From contig JAVHQE010000064.1 of assembly GCA_036170975.1 (NCBI GenBank), positions 1 through 52,641 of the forward strand: a stretch of DNA of 52,641 nucleotides, written 5' to 3'. The position numbers and the translations under genes are program-made. A model generated the notes under the pieces. That model searched no databases and was not told where the DNA came from. It saw only the letters and a program-made list of their open reading frames with translations. The DNA is from Minisyncoccota bacterium. GTDB lineage: Bacteria > Patescibacteriota > Minisyncoccia > Phycocordibacterales > UBA1550. Positions 33,033-42,336 of this stretch are shown one piece after another. How positions within the stretch are numbered: position 1 is the stretch's first letter; every line of letters begins with the position of its first letter.

Positions 33033-34430
33033 ATGGAACGAACATACGTTAAAGACTTAAAAGAGAAAATCGGGCAGGAAATATCTATTTCTGGGTGGGT
33101 TGATGTTCGTCGTGATCAAGGGAAGATGGTTTTTATCGACTTGCGTGATGTCACCGGCAAAGTCCAAGCAGTCGTTCTTCCTATGCATACCGAGGCACTT
33201 GAGGTCGCACAGCGTGTTCGCCCAGAGTGGGTGGTATCTGTGTCTGCTAAGGTAAATAAACGCCCTGATCGTAATATTAAAGAAGGCGTATTGAATGGGG
33301 ACATTGAACTTGAAGTTTTAAATATTGAGGTTTTGAATGAAGCGCAGACACCACCGATGGATGTAACTTCAGACGGTCACGAAATTGGTGAAGAAACGCG
33401 CCTTAAATATCGCTACCTTGACCTTCGTCGTCCCCGCCTTCAGCATAATTTGCGTTTACGTCATGCAATCGCGCTTTATGTACGCAATTTTCTTTCAAAT
33501 CGTGGATTTATTGAAATAGAAACTCCTCTCCTTACCAAATCAACCCCCGAGGGTTCTCGAGACTATGTGGTACCTTCACGTATTGAACAAGGAAAGTTCT
33601 ATGCGCTTCCGCAATCACCCCAACAATACAAACAGTTACTTATGGTTGCAGGTATGGAGCGATATTTTCAAGTTGCGCGTTGCATGCGTGACGAGGATAC
33701 TCGTGGCGACCGTCAGCCAGAGTTCACTCAGCTTGATATGGAGCTTTCCTTTGCAACTCAGGAGGACATTATGAAGCTCAACGAGAAACTTTTGATTGAA
33801 CTTGTACAAACTTTGACCCCCGAAAAGAAAATTCAAACGATCCCATTTCCGCGTATTACCTATAAAGAGGCAATGGAAAAATATGGCAATGATAAGCCTG
33901 ATATGCGTGAAGACAAAAATGACCCTAACCTTTTGGCATTTTGTTGGGTTATCGATTTTCCTTTTTTTGAAAAAGACAAAATGGGAGGATGGACGTTTAC
34001 TCACAATCCGTTTTCTGCGCCACAGCAAGAGCACTACGAAGATTTAATGCAAAAGAAAAATATTGGGGATATTCTTGCTACGCAGTATGATATTGCGCTT
34101 AACGGTTTTGAGATTGGTGGTGGGAGTATTCGTAATCATCGCCCTGAGTCGCTCATCAAAGTTCTCGAGATTATGGGGCATACCGAAGAAAACATTCGCT
34201 CAAATTTTGGGCATATGCTTGATGCGTTTTCGTATGGCGCGCCTCCTCACGGTGGTATTGCCTGGGGACTCGACAGGCTTGTGTCGTTACTTACGAATGA
34301 GCCAAATATTCGTGAAGTTATTGCATTTCCAAAGACAGGCGAAGGTCGCGACCTCATGATGGAGGCACCGTCTGAAATTAGCGCAGAGCAGTTGCAGGAG
34401 TTGGGGGTAGGGATTTCAAACAGGAAATAA
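33033..34430 (+). CDS. aspS: aspartate--tRNA ligase, short form without the bacterial insertion (GAD) domain
   Basis: OB-fold N-terminus, FYALPQSPQQYKQLLMVAGMERYFQVARCMRDEDTRGDRQPEFTQLDME, class II motif 3 GGIAWGLDRL. 465 aa. Confidence 0.9.
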   Translation: MERTYVKDLKEKIGQEISISGWVDVRRDQGKMVFIDLRDVTGKVQAVVLPMHTEALEVAQRVRPEWVVSVSAKVNKRPDRNIKEGVLNGDIELEVLNIEVLNEAQTPPMDVTSDGHEIGEETRLKYRYLDLRRPRLQHNLRLRHAIALYVRNFLSNRGFIEIETPLLTKSTPEGSRDYVVPSRIEQGKFYALPQSPQQYKQLLMVAGMERYFQVARCMRDEDTRGDRQPEFTQLDMELSFATQEDIMKLNEKLLIELVQTLTPEKKIQTIPFPRITYKEAMEKYGNDKPDMREDKNDPNLLAFCWVIDFPFFEKDKMGGWTFTHNPFSAPQQEHYEDLMQKKNIGDILATQYDIALNGFEIGGGSIRNHRPESLIKVLEIMGHTEENIRSNFGHMLDAFSYGAPPHGGIAWGLDRLVSLLTNEPNIREVIAFPKTGEGRDLMMEAPSEISAEQLQELGVGISNRK

Positions 34431-34435
34431 AAAAT

Positions 34436-34870
34436 ATGGCTAAAAATAAACAATCGGGAGATGATGGGGAAAATGAAGTTTGCAACCTTGTGCCATGTCC
34501 AAATTGTAACAAGAAACTTATGTTGCTTCCGCCGAGCTATCCACTTTATGATGTTCAGTGTGTTGGATGTAGTTTCCGAGCCCAAGTAAAAACTAATAAT
34601 GTAAAACCGAAATCACAAATTTTTGGAGCAGGATGGGATATTATAGAAAAAGTATTAAAATCAGGGTTCATAACACCACCACTAATTACAAATTTTAAAT
34701 GGAAAGATGGGGAGGGTGAGCATCAAGAGATAAGATTTTATCCATTTATACCAAAGAAAAATCTAAAGATGCACAAATTATCATCGACCGCAAGAAGAGC
34801 AAATTACAAGATGTTTAATTACATTGGTATCGATAAATTACCATATTTTATTTCATATATAAAACTATAA
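34436..34870 (+). CDS. small Zn-ribbon-containing PD-(D/E)xK nuclease-like protein (hypothetical)
   Basis: GENEV, then CPNC...YDVQCVGC...AQVK (two CxxC pairs flanking D39, followed by QxK). Very AT-rich coding sequence. Family not identified. Confidence 0.45.
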   Translation: MAKNKQSGDDGENEVCNLVPCPNCNKKLMLLPPSYPLYDVQCVGCSFRAQVKTNNVKPKSQIFGAGWDIIEKVLKSGFITPPLITNFKWKDGEGEHQEIRFYPFIPKKNLKMHKLSSTARRANYKMFNYIGIDKLPYFISYIKL

Positions 34871-34891
34871 TGTGATTTATTTTTAAAATAG

Positions 34892-35638
34892 ATGACCTCC
34901 CCATACCAAATCAAAACAGAAGTATTTGAAGGACCGCTGGAGCTCTTGCTTGACCTTGTGGAAAAGCGGAAACTTTTTATCAACGAGATTTCACTTGCGA
35001 CGGTTACTGATGACTACGTAGCACACCTCAAACAATTTGAAAAAATGCCGGTTGATTTCGTTTCCAACTTTCTCATTGTTGCTTCTACTTTGGTGCTCAT
35101 TAAATCAAAGTCGCTTCTTCCAACTCTTAATCTGACCCCTGAGGAAACGCAAGACATTGACGAGCTTGAACGACGGTTGAGAGAATATCAGAAAATTCGT
35201 GAGCTTGCTGTTGGGGTGAAGCAAATGTTTGGCGCCAATATTTCTTTTCCAAAAGGACAGTCGCGAGAGCGCGCGGTGGTGTTCACGCCGAGCGAAGAAA
35301 TTACGCTTACGGGGATTAGGGAAGCAATACAATCTGTGATTGCTTATTTCCCCAAAAAGGTGACGCTCCCCAAGGTTTTGGTCAAAAAGGTAGTATCTCT
35401 CGAGGAAATGATGGATCGCCTTGCTACGCGCATTACAGGCAGTTTCAAGATGAGTTTTCGTGAGTTTGCGGGGGTGGGGAAGGAGGAAAAGGTAAATATC
35501 ATCGTGAGTTTTCTTGCTATGCTGGAACTGGTAAAGCAGGGAATGATTGCCGTAACCCAAGGTGCTCATGGCGACGATATTCAAATAGAAACCAATGTCG
35601 TAGAGACACCGCATTATGGCGGGCCTCCGTTACGGTAA
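34892..35638 (+). CDS. scpA: segregation and condensation protein A
   Basis: FEGPLELLLDLVEKRKLFINEISLATVTDDY is the canonical ScpA N-terminus. Confidence 0.9.
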   Translation: MTSPYQIKTEVFEGPLELLLDLVEKRKLFINEISLATVTDDYVAHLKQFEKMPVDFVSNFLIVASTLVLIKSKSLLPTLNLTPEETQDIDELERRLREYQKIRELAVGVKQMFGANISFPKGQSRERAVVFTPSEEITLTGIREAIQSVIAYFPKKVTLPKVLVKKVVSLEEMMDRLATRITGSFKMSFREFAGVGKEEKVNIIVSFLAMLELVKQGMIAVTQGAHGDDIQIETNVVETPHYGGPPLR

Positions 35639-35659
35639 TTTATCTTGTTATTGTTGTTT

Positions 35660-35722
35660 GTCATTGCGAGGCACGAAGCAATCTAGCGTTTAAACATGGA
35701 TTGCTTCGTGCCTCGCAATGAC
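35660..35722. repeat. perfect inverted repeat with 24-bp arms and a 15-nt loop (terminator-like palindrome)
   Basis: gtcattgcgaggcacgaagcaatc (35660-35683) is the exact reverse complement of 35699-35722. Confidence 0.95.
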
Positions 35723-35762
35723 GGAGAGAGATAGGCCAACGCTCGCTAGGTTTAACATCATT

Positions 35763-36152
35763 ATGAAAAAAAATACTATTTATATTATTGTGCTTGTCAT
35801 TGCAATTTTCATTGCTGGATTTTTTATTCACCTCTTTATCAAGAATTATAGGCACCTACAAAATAGTGGTGCATTTCGGTCGACTCCGCACACGTATCGA
35901 CAGGCACTCAATGAGCGGGCTCCCATCACTGACCCACACGCTATCGAAGCATGGATGACGTTTGATTATGTGAATAAAATGTTCAATCTCCCTGTTGATT
36001 TTTTAAGGACAGAGATGGGGGTAACGAGTACAAAGTATCCTCGACTCACTCTTTATCATGAAGCAAAATTGCAACAAATTCCCGAACCAATTTTTTTAGA
36101 AAGAGTAAAAAATGCAGTTCTCCAGCACGCGACCTCAACGCCACAAAAATAA
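35763..36152 (+). CDS. hypothetical membrane-anchored protein
   Basis: MKKNTIYIIVLVIAIFIAGFFIHLF signal-anchor. The track start at 35718 lies inside the palindrome arm, so ATG 35763 is preferred. Confidence 0.55.
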   Translation: MKKNTIYIIVLVIAIFIAGFFIHLFIKNYRHLQNSGAFRSTPHTYRQALNERAPITDPHAIEAWMTFDYVNKMFNLPVDFLRTEMGVTSTKYPRLTLYHEAKLQQIPEPIFLERVKNAVLQHATSTPQK

Positions 36153-36161
36153 TTATTTCGT

Positions 36162-36755
36162 ATGGAAACAATCCTCGGATCATTTTTATCTTTTCTTCTC
36201 CTCTACAAATATACCGCGCTCTTTGTCGTTTCTTTTTTTGCAGCTTTTTTGCTACCACTTCCTTCAAGTAGCACCCTTGCGGGTTCGGGAGCATTTGCTT
36301 CACAGGGATATTTTAGTTTAGCGATGGTATTGTTTGTGGCGCTCCTCGGAAATATCGGAGGAGACCTTGCGGGATATTTTCTTGCCCGACGATACGGAGA
36401 AGAATTTATGCGGAAGATTGGCTTTAAGAAAGTTTTTAGCTCGCGTTACTACAAGTCTGTCGTTGATTATTTGACGGGCGCCCCGCATTCGCTTATCTTT
36501 TTTAGCCGTTTCTTACCCGAAGTGGGTCCTGCCGTAAATATCCTTGCGGGGATTACTGGCGTGCCGGTGCGTACCTTCCTCGTCGTTGATATTATTGGCG
36601 AAGTTTCCTACGTTCTCCTTTATGGACTCGTCGGGTTTTTTATGGGGAGTGGGTGGGAGAACAATATGAGCTTTCTCGTCGAGGGAGGCATGGTGATGCT
36701 CTCGCTCGGTATCGTGATGGCGCTCATTCAGTATCTCCTTTTTCGCGCGCGATAA
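36162..36755 (+). CDS. DedA family membrane protein
   Basis: GNIGGDLAGYFLARRYG and FFSRFLPEVGPAVNILAGI motifs of the SNARE-associated/DedA family. Confidence 0.8.
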   Translation: METILGSFLSFLLLYKYTALFVVSFFAAFLLPLPSSSTLAGSGAFASQGYFSLAMVLFVALLGNIGGDLAGYFLARRYGEEFMRKIGFKKVFSSRYYKSVVDYLTGAPHSLIFFSRFLPEVGPAVNILAGITGVPVRTFLVVDIIGEVSYVLLYGLVGFFMGSGWENNMSFLVEGGMVMLSLGIVMALIQYLLFRAR

Positions 36756-36795
36756 GTATTTCCTCTTCGCACTGACAATATGTTAGAATATCAAA

Positions 36796-37386
36796 ATGAA
36801 TAGTGAATTAGATATTTCAGCAAGAATAGAGGCGCTCATCTTTTTTAAGGGGGAACCCGTGACTGTTGCCTTTTTGGTAAAAACGCTAGGTGTTTCAGAT
36901 GAAGAAGTGCGAGGAGGTCTCACGACGTTGGAGCAGTCTCTTTCTGGTCGCGGAATTGTATTGATGAAAAACGATGATGAATACATGCTCAGTACTGCGC
37001 CACAAATGGGACAAATAATAGAAACGATTATTAAAGACGAGCTTGCAAAGGAGCTTGGTAAGGCAGGGCTCGAGACACTCGCTATCGTGCTCTATCGTGG
37101 GCCAGTACTTCGCAGTGAGATAAACTACCTTCGGGGGGTAAACTCGAATTATATTTTGCGCGCTTTGCTGGTGCGTGGTTTAATCGAGAAAGTGGAGCAG
37201 GGGAGTCGCAGTACAGCGTATCGCCCTACGTTTGAGCTTTTGTCCTATATGGGGGTAAGTAAAGTAGAGGATTTGCCAGGATATGAAGATACCACTAAAG
37301 CGGTCGAAGAATTTCATGAGGAAAATGACAACAATGGACACAAAGAAGAAGGAGACGGAGTGGGTACTCCAGGAGGGACGGCTTAA
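36796..37386 (+). CDS. scpB: segregation and condensation protein B
   Basis: IEALIFFKGEPVTVAFL and a second wHTH (LETLAIVLYRGPVLRSEINYLRG). Confidence 0.85.
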   Translation: MNSELDISARIEALIFFKGEPVTVAFLVKTLGVSDEEVRGGLTTLEQSLSGRGIVLMKNDDEYMLSTAPQMGQIIETIIKDELAKELGKAGLETLAIVLYRGPVLRSEINYLRGVNSNYILRALLVRGLIEKVEQGSRSTAYRPTFELLSYMGVSKVEDLPGYEDTTKAVEEFHEENDNNGHKEEGDGVGTPGGTA

Positions 37387-38332
37387 ATATATTGCACTAC
37401 TTCTTGCTGGTGGGGCGCTAATCGCAGTTCTTTTACAGGGGCTTCTTTATATTATTTCTCCTTCGCAAAATAAAGGAGGCAATCAGAGTTCAAAAGGAGC
37501 AACAGCACAAGAGCAGGCCAACTCTTTTTCCAAGGTTTCTCTTGAGGCTCATGCGGTATATGTTCTCGACTTAAAAACGGATGCTGTTCTCTTTGAAAAA
37601 AATGGACAAGAAAAACTTCCCCTCGCTTCCGTAACTAAGACCATGACGGCACTTCTTGCGCGAGAAAATATTTCTCAAAATGCGGTAATCACGCTTTCAA
37701 AAGACGATCTCGCTGCTGAGGGGGATTCGGGACTACGTACAGGGGAGCGTTGGCGCGTGGAAGATCTTTTGAATATGATGCTTATCATATCCTCGAATGA
37801 TGCCGCGCATGCGATCGCAGGTTTTGTAGGTGGAGGCAATCAAAATGTCGAGCGCGGGACACCAGAAGCACGAGCGCGATTTATCGCTATGATGAACGAG
37901 AAAGCTCACATGCTAGGACTTTCTCAGATGGAATTTTTTAATGAATCAGGACTTGATATTATTGATGCAAAAAAAGGGGCACCCGCACGTGCTGGGGGGT
38001 ACGGCTCTGCGCATGATGTGGCACTACTTTTTGCAGAGCTTTGGAAAAAATATCCTGATACCGTAGAGATAACCACGCACAAAGTCGCGCGTATTGTTTC
38101 GCAGAGTGATATTGCACATATTTTACCCAATACCGACGAAATCACCGGGCAGATCCCTGGATTGATTGCTTCAAAAACTGGCTACACGACCCTCGCGGGG
38201 GGTAATCTTGTGGTAATTTTTGACCGTGGCATTGGTGATCCTGTAGTCGCGGTAGTCCTCGGCTCTACCTATAAAGGCCGTTTTGATGATATGCAGAAGA
38301 TTGTGGAGGTGGTGAGAAACGTGGTACAATAA
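37283..38332 (+). CDS. D-alanyl-D-alanine carboxypeptidase (S11 PBP5/6-type)
   Basis: SVTK (SxxK), SSND (SxN) and KTGYT (KTG) motifs plus an N-terminal TM anchor. The start is one of ATG 37283, 37316, 37325 or 37334, and every option overlaps the scpB 3-prime end. Confidence 0.85.
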   Translation: MKIPLKRSKNFMRKMTTMDTKKKETEWVLQEGRLKYIALLLAGGALIAVLLQGLLYIISPSQNKGGNQSSKGATAQEQANSFSKVSLEAHAVYVLDLKTDAVLFEKNGQEKLPLASVTKTMTALLARENISQNAVITLSKDDLAAEGDSGLRTGERWRVEDLLNMMLIISSNDAAHAIAGFVGGGNQNVERGTPEARARFIAMMNEKAHMLGLSQMEFFNESGLDIIDAKKGAPARAGGYGSAHDVALLFAELWKKYPDTVEITTHKVARIVSQSDIAHILPNTDEITGQIPGLIASKTGYTTLAGGNLVVIFDRGIGDPVVAVVLGSTYKGRFDDMQKIVEVVRNVVQ

Positions 38333-38336
38333 AACT

Positions 38337-39359
38337 ATGGAAAAGGCACCGCAGATTAGAGCTATAGGGAATGCAAGCGTAGAAGAAAAAGAGAAAGCAA
38401 AAGATGACTTGCACGACCTTCTTTTTAGTCATTTTGAATCATTGAAACCAGGAGATGTAGGTGAATTAAAAAAGTTGGAGTATCCAAAATCTGAGACCGA
38501 AATTGCTTGTATTAATTTTGCAAACAAAAAGACGGATGAGTTGATGCAAGAAGCAGGGGTGGCTCCGTATGATATTCCTGTACAAAATTTTCATATTATC
38601 CCGCCAGAATTATTTAAAAAAATAAGTAATAGCGATAGTGCGTCTGCTACCACGTATACAACACAACAGGGCATTATTTTTGATGCGGAACTATTTCGCA
38701 CAAATCCGGTATATTTTGGGGCAGTTGCCATGCATGAGGCTCTACATTTAAAAGCACATCTGTCTCTTGAGGTAAACAAGGACGAAGAGGGTGTGGACGT
38801 TACTCATTATCGTAAAGGAGTAACAATTCAAGCACTACAGAAACATGGATATAATGGTGCATACCACCAGCATTTTAAGGGATTGCATGAAGCTATTGTT
38901 GCAACGCAAGAGAAAAGAATACTCAGGGATCTTTTGGAGCTACCAGAACTATCTAATGAAAAAAAGTGGCTTCTGTCGGAGAAAGCACAGGAAATAAGAA
39001 GAGAACTTGTTCAAAAAAAAGGAATTCCTGAAGATGATTTTATTTGGGTTGGAGAAGAAAAGAACGATTGGGAAACCGTATACTATAAAACACAGAGAGA
39101 AGTACTTGATTATGTTTGTAGTGAAATACAAAAACAATTTTCAGGTACATACAAAGATACTGATGAGGTGTTTAAAGAATTTTTGAAATCTAATTTTACA
39201 GGGCGACTTTTGCCTATCGCTCGTCTTACTGACAAAACCTTTGGGGAGGGGAGTTTTCGTTTGTTGGGGAATATGGGCACAGAAGAAAGTAGTGGCGTGT
39301 TACACCTGGAATCCTTGAAGAAAGCGCGCATGAGGCAGGTGAGAGACGCGGTGGTCTAA
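38337..39359 (+). CDS. hypothetical protein with a HEXXH motif (possible Zn metallopeptidase)
   Basis: FGAVAMHEALHLKAH is the only recognisable motif. No signal peptide or TM helix is evident. Confidence 0.45.
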   Translation: MEKAPQIRAIGNASVEEKEKAKDDLHDLLFSHFESLKPGDVGELKKLEYPKSETEIACINFANKKTDELMQEAGVAPYDIPVQNFHIIPPELFKKISNSDSASATTYTTQQGIIFDAELFRTNPVYFGAVAMHEALHLKAHLSLEVNKDEEGVDVTHYRKGVTIQALQKHGYNGAYHQHFKGLHEAIVATQEKRILRDLLELPELSNEKKWLLSEKAQEIRRELVQKKGIPEDDFIWVGEEKNDWETVYYKTQREVLDYVCSEIQKQFSGTYKDTDEVFKEFLKSNFTGRLLPIARLTDKTFGEGSFRLLGNMGTEESSGVLHLESLKKARMRQVRDAVV

Positions 39360-39374
39360 AAGTCCTATTCATAT

Positions 39375-39899
39375 ATGAATTATCTTTATCACGGTGTGCC
39401 AGAAAAGATGCAGGGGGATTTTTTGTACCCGCTTAACGTTCTTAAGGATAGAGATCCAGAAGTATACCTGCAGGAAGTAAAAAAATATGCCGGGCGAGAG
39501 AGACTTTTAGGGAAGAGGGTAGGAGTTCTCGATTGTTTATGGAATGATGTTGTTCATTTGACTGCTGTCCCTCCTGCCCAAATTAAAAAGAACTTGATAG
39601 AGGGTGGTTTTGGAAAGAAGCCTCTATCATTTTTTAAAATCCCTATCGAAATGATACAAGGAGAACAGAGCGTTGCCTTTACTTATCGTCACGATGGGCA
39701 AGGCATTTCTGAGATCAACGAATATGAAAAATTTGACCCTGCAAAAATGGACGTATATAGTGCAGTGCCCAGAGAGGCCACTGCACATTATAAGCAGTGT
39801 AAAAAAGAAGGTAAGAAGCCTTTTTTGTTTCGTTTTACGCCCCACATCCTTTCTTGTGGAAGCATCGACATTCGCGGACTAGAAATTATCACGGTTTAG
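39375..39899 (+). CDS. hypothetical protein (174 aa)
   Basis: ORF starting 15 nt after the previous gene. No motif recognised. Confidence 0.5.
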   Translation: MNYLYHGVPEKMQGDFLYPLNVLKDRDPEVYLQEVKKYAGRERLLGKRVGVLDCLWNDVVHLTAVPPAQIKKNLIEGGFGKKPLSFFKIPIEMIQGEQSVAFTYRHDGQGISEINEYEKFDPAKMDVYSAVPREATAHYKQCKKEGKKPFLFRFTPHILSCGSIDIRGLEIITV

Positions 39900-39948
39900 G
39901 GGTACGTTTGCTTGCTTGTCCATTTGACGATATACTACGAGTATATCT

Positions 39949-41004
39949 ATGCCTATCGACGTTGTAAAAATTTTTCTTCCTACGGCCGTTGCCTTTTTTG
40001 TGGGTATTGTAATGACGCCGATTCTCACGAATTTTCTCTATCGTCACAAAATGTGGAAGAAATCGAGTGTGAAGCTCACCATGGACGGAAGGGAAGCGAC
40101 TATTTCGAGTAAACTTCATAATGACGAGGAGCGAAAGACGCCTCGCATGGGTGGAGTCGTAGTGTGGGGGTCGGTACTCCTTACGGTAGCTATCTTTTTT
40201 ATTCTTGCAACAGTATTCCCTGAAAGTATTTTTGCGAAGCTTTCATTTCTCTCACGTAACCAAACATGGCTTCCACTTTTTACCCTCATTGCAGGTGCGC
40301 TCTGCGGACTTGTTGATGATTACCTTGTTTGTCGCGAAGCTGGTACCTACGCGGGAGGTGGGCTTTCACTTCGTGTACGTCTCGCATTTGTGTCAGTGCT
40401 CGCTTTGTTGGGAGGGTGGTGGTTCTATGCAAAGTTAGGAATGGATAGCGTTCATATTCCTTTTGTTGGTGATGCTCACTTAGGGCTTCTGTTTATTCCT
40501 CTATTCATTATTTTTATGATTGGCATTTATTCAGGGGGGATTATTGATGGTATTGACGGACTTTCAGGAGGTGTCTTTGCTTCAATTTTTTCTGCATATA
40601 CGATCATTGCATTTTCTCAAGGACAGATTGATCTTGCTGCGTTTTCAAGTGTTGTTGTGGGTGGACTTTTAGCATTTTTGTGGTTCAATATTCCCCCTGC
40701 GCGATTTTTTAATTCAGAAACAGGCACTATGGCGCTTACTACTTCTCTTGTTGTTGTGGCCTTTCTCACCAAAGCAGTTCTCGTGCTTTTGATTGTCGCT
40801 TTTCTCCTCATTGCTACGAGTGCTTCAAGTAGTATACAGATTCTCTCAAAGAAGTTTCGTAAAGGAAAAAAAGTTTTTGTCGTGGCACCCTTGCATAATC
40901 ACTTTCAGGCAAAAGGTTGGCCACCGTACAAGGTGGTAATGCGCTATTGGGTACTCTCTATTATTTTCGCGATTATGGGGACGATTATCGCATTAATAGG
41001 ATAG
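39949..41004 (+). CDS. mraY: phospho-N-acetylmuramoyl-pentapeptide transferase
   Basis: 10-TM profile with DDYL, GGIIDGIDGLSGG and APLHNHF motifs. Confidence 0.9.
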   Translation: MPIDVVKIFLPTAVAFFVGIVMTPILTNFLYRHKMWKKSSVKLTMDGREATISSKLHNDEERKTPRMGGVVVWGSVLLTVAIFFILATVFPESIFAKLSFLSRNQTWLPLFTLIAGALCGLVDDYLVCREAGTYAGGGLSLRVRLAFVSVLALLGGWWFYAKLGMDSVHIPFVGDAHLGLLFIPLFIIFMIGIYSGGIIDGIDGLSGGVFASIFSAYTIIAFSQGQIDLAAFSSVVVGGLLAFLWFNIPPARFFNSETGTMALTTSLVVVAFLTKAVLVLLIVAFLLIATSASSSIQILSKKFRKGKKVFVVAPLHNHFQAKGWPPYKVVMRYWVLSIIFAIMGTIIALIG

Positions 41005-41037
41005 GGTGCTATCTAAGTAGTTCGCTTGTAATGAAAA

Positions 41038-42135
41038 ATGAAAAAAAATAACTCAATCGATAAAGTGTTTCTTGGTCTCGCGCTCGCCCTTGCACTCCTG
41101 GGTCTTTTTGTTTTTACGTCTGCCTCATTCGGACTTTTTGCGCGAAAAGGGTTCTCTTTGCAAGATCTCTTCTTCGATCAGGTTGCTCTCGGTTTGGTGT
41201 TGGGTCTCATTGCAATGATTGTCGCCATTCGTTTTCCTTTGGATCTTTTACGTAAATACTCGCTACATCTTTTTATTGTTTCAATTTTTTTAACCATTCT
41301 TGTTTTTGTTCCTCATATTGGGCTCGAAAAAATTAAAGGAGCGCACCGGTGGATAGACCTTCGCTTTACTTCATTCCAGCCATCTGAAGCGCTCAAGCTT
41401 GCTACGGTAATCTATTTTGCTTCACTTCTCCCTCTTTTTAAAAATCGTATTCATGAAATCAAATACGCTCTAGGAATCTTTTTTGGTATTGTTGCGGTAC
41501 CAGCACTGCTTCTCCTTAAAGAGCCTGATACGGGGACTCTGGCTGTTCTTTTTGCAGCTCTTTTAACAATGCTTATTGCAGGGGGAGCGAAATTGCGGCA
41601 TTTTTTTGTTGTCGTTATTATTGCGGTACTTTCGATATGGGTACTTGCGTTGGCAAAACCCTATATCATGGAGCGGGTACTTACTTTATTTGATTCATCA
41701 CGTGACCCTCAAGGGTCAAGCTATCAAATTCAAAAATCACTTCTTGCTATTGGGTCAGGTGGTATCACTGGGCGTGGATTTGGGCAGAGTATTCAAAAAT
41801 TTGGTTCACTCCCTGAACCAACAGGGGATTCGATTTTTGCTGTTGTCGGTGAAGAATTCGGGTTTGTGGGAGGAGCGTTGATTATTATACTTTTTTTCCT
41901 CTTTGGTCTTCGGGGGATTCAGATTGCACGCCGGGCACCTGATATGTGGAGTGGACTTTTAGCCACTGGAATTGTTATACTGATTATATCGCAGTCATTT
42001 GCGAATATTGCAGCAATGCTTGGGCTAATCCCGCTTACGGGAGTGCCTTTGGTTTTTGTGAGCCATGGAGGAACAGCTCTCCTTTTTGCTTTTCTCGAAA
42101 TCGGTATATTGCTCAATATCTCTAAGAGAAATTAA
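41038..42135 (+). CDS. ftsW: SEDS-family peptidoglycan glycosyltransferase FtsW/RodA
   Basis: Polytopic membrane protein with QPSE, LPEPTGDSIFAVVGEEFGF and GVPLVFVSHGG motifs. Located between mraY and murG. Confidence 0.85.
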   Translation: MKKNNSIDKVFLGLALALALLGLFVFTSASFGLFARKGFSLQDLFFDQVALGLVLGLIAMIVAIRFPLDLLRKYSLHLFIVSIFLTILVFVPHIGLEKIKGAHRWIDLRFTSFQPSEALKLATVIYFASLLPLFKNRIHEIKYALGIFFGIVAVPALLLLKEPDTGTLAVLFAALLTMLIAGGAKLRHFFVVVIIAVLSIWVLALAKPYIMERVLTLFDSSRDPQGSSYQIQKSLLAIGSGGITGRGFGQSIQKFGSLPEPTGDSIFAVVGEEFGFVGGALIIILFFLFGLRGIQIARRAPDMWSGLLATGIVILIISQSFANIAAMLGLIPLTGVPLVFVSHGGTALLFAFLEIGILLNISKRN

Positions 42136-42160
42136 GGAGTGTAGCAACTATAATTTCTCT

Positions 42161-42336
42161 TACCCCGTTAAATGATTTCAAATTCGTGTTTTGTTGTAGT
42201 TTTGTGTTAAAATCAACAAAAGGTTGTGAAATTGCTCACTAAAAACATACAGAAAATTTGGAATCGCGATTTGCAAAATCGCATTTAACTGGGTGTAAGT
42301 TTTCTGATTTCACTCCGTTCAATAATAAAAACTAAC
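42161..42336 (+). promoter_or_regulatory. structured leader element, copy B (paralog of 16841-16953, with a 70-nt apical loop in hairpin 1)
   Basis: The 5-prime block matches copy A at 25 of 26 nt and the 3-prime block is about 90% identical over about 88 nt. The helix-forming positions are preserved. Confidence 0.6.
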
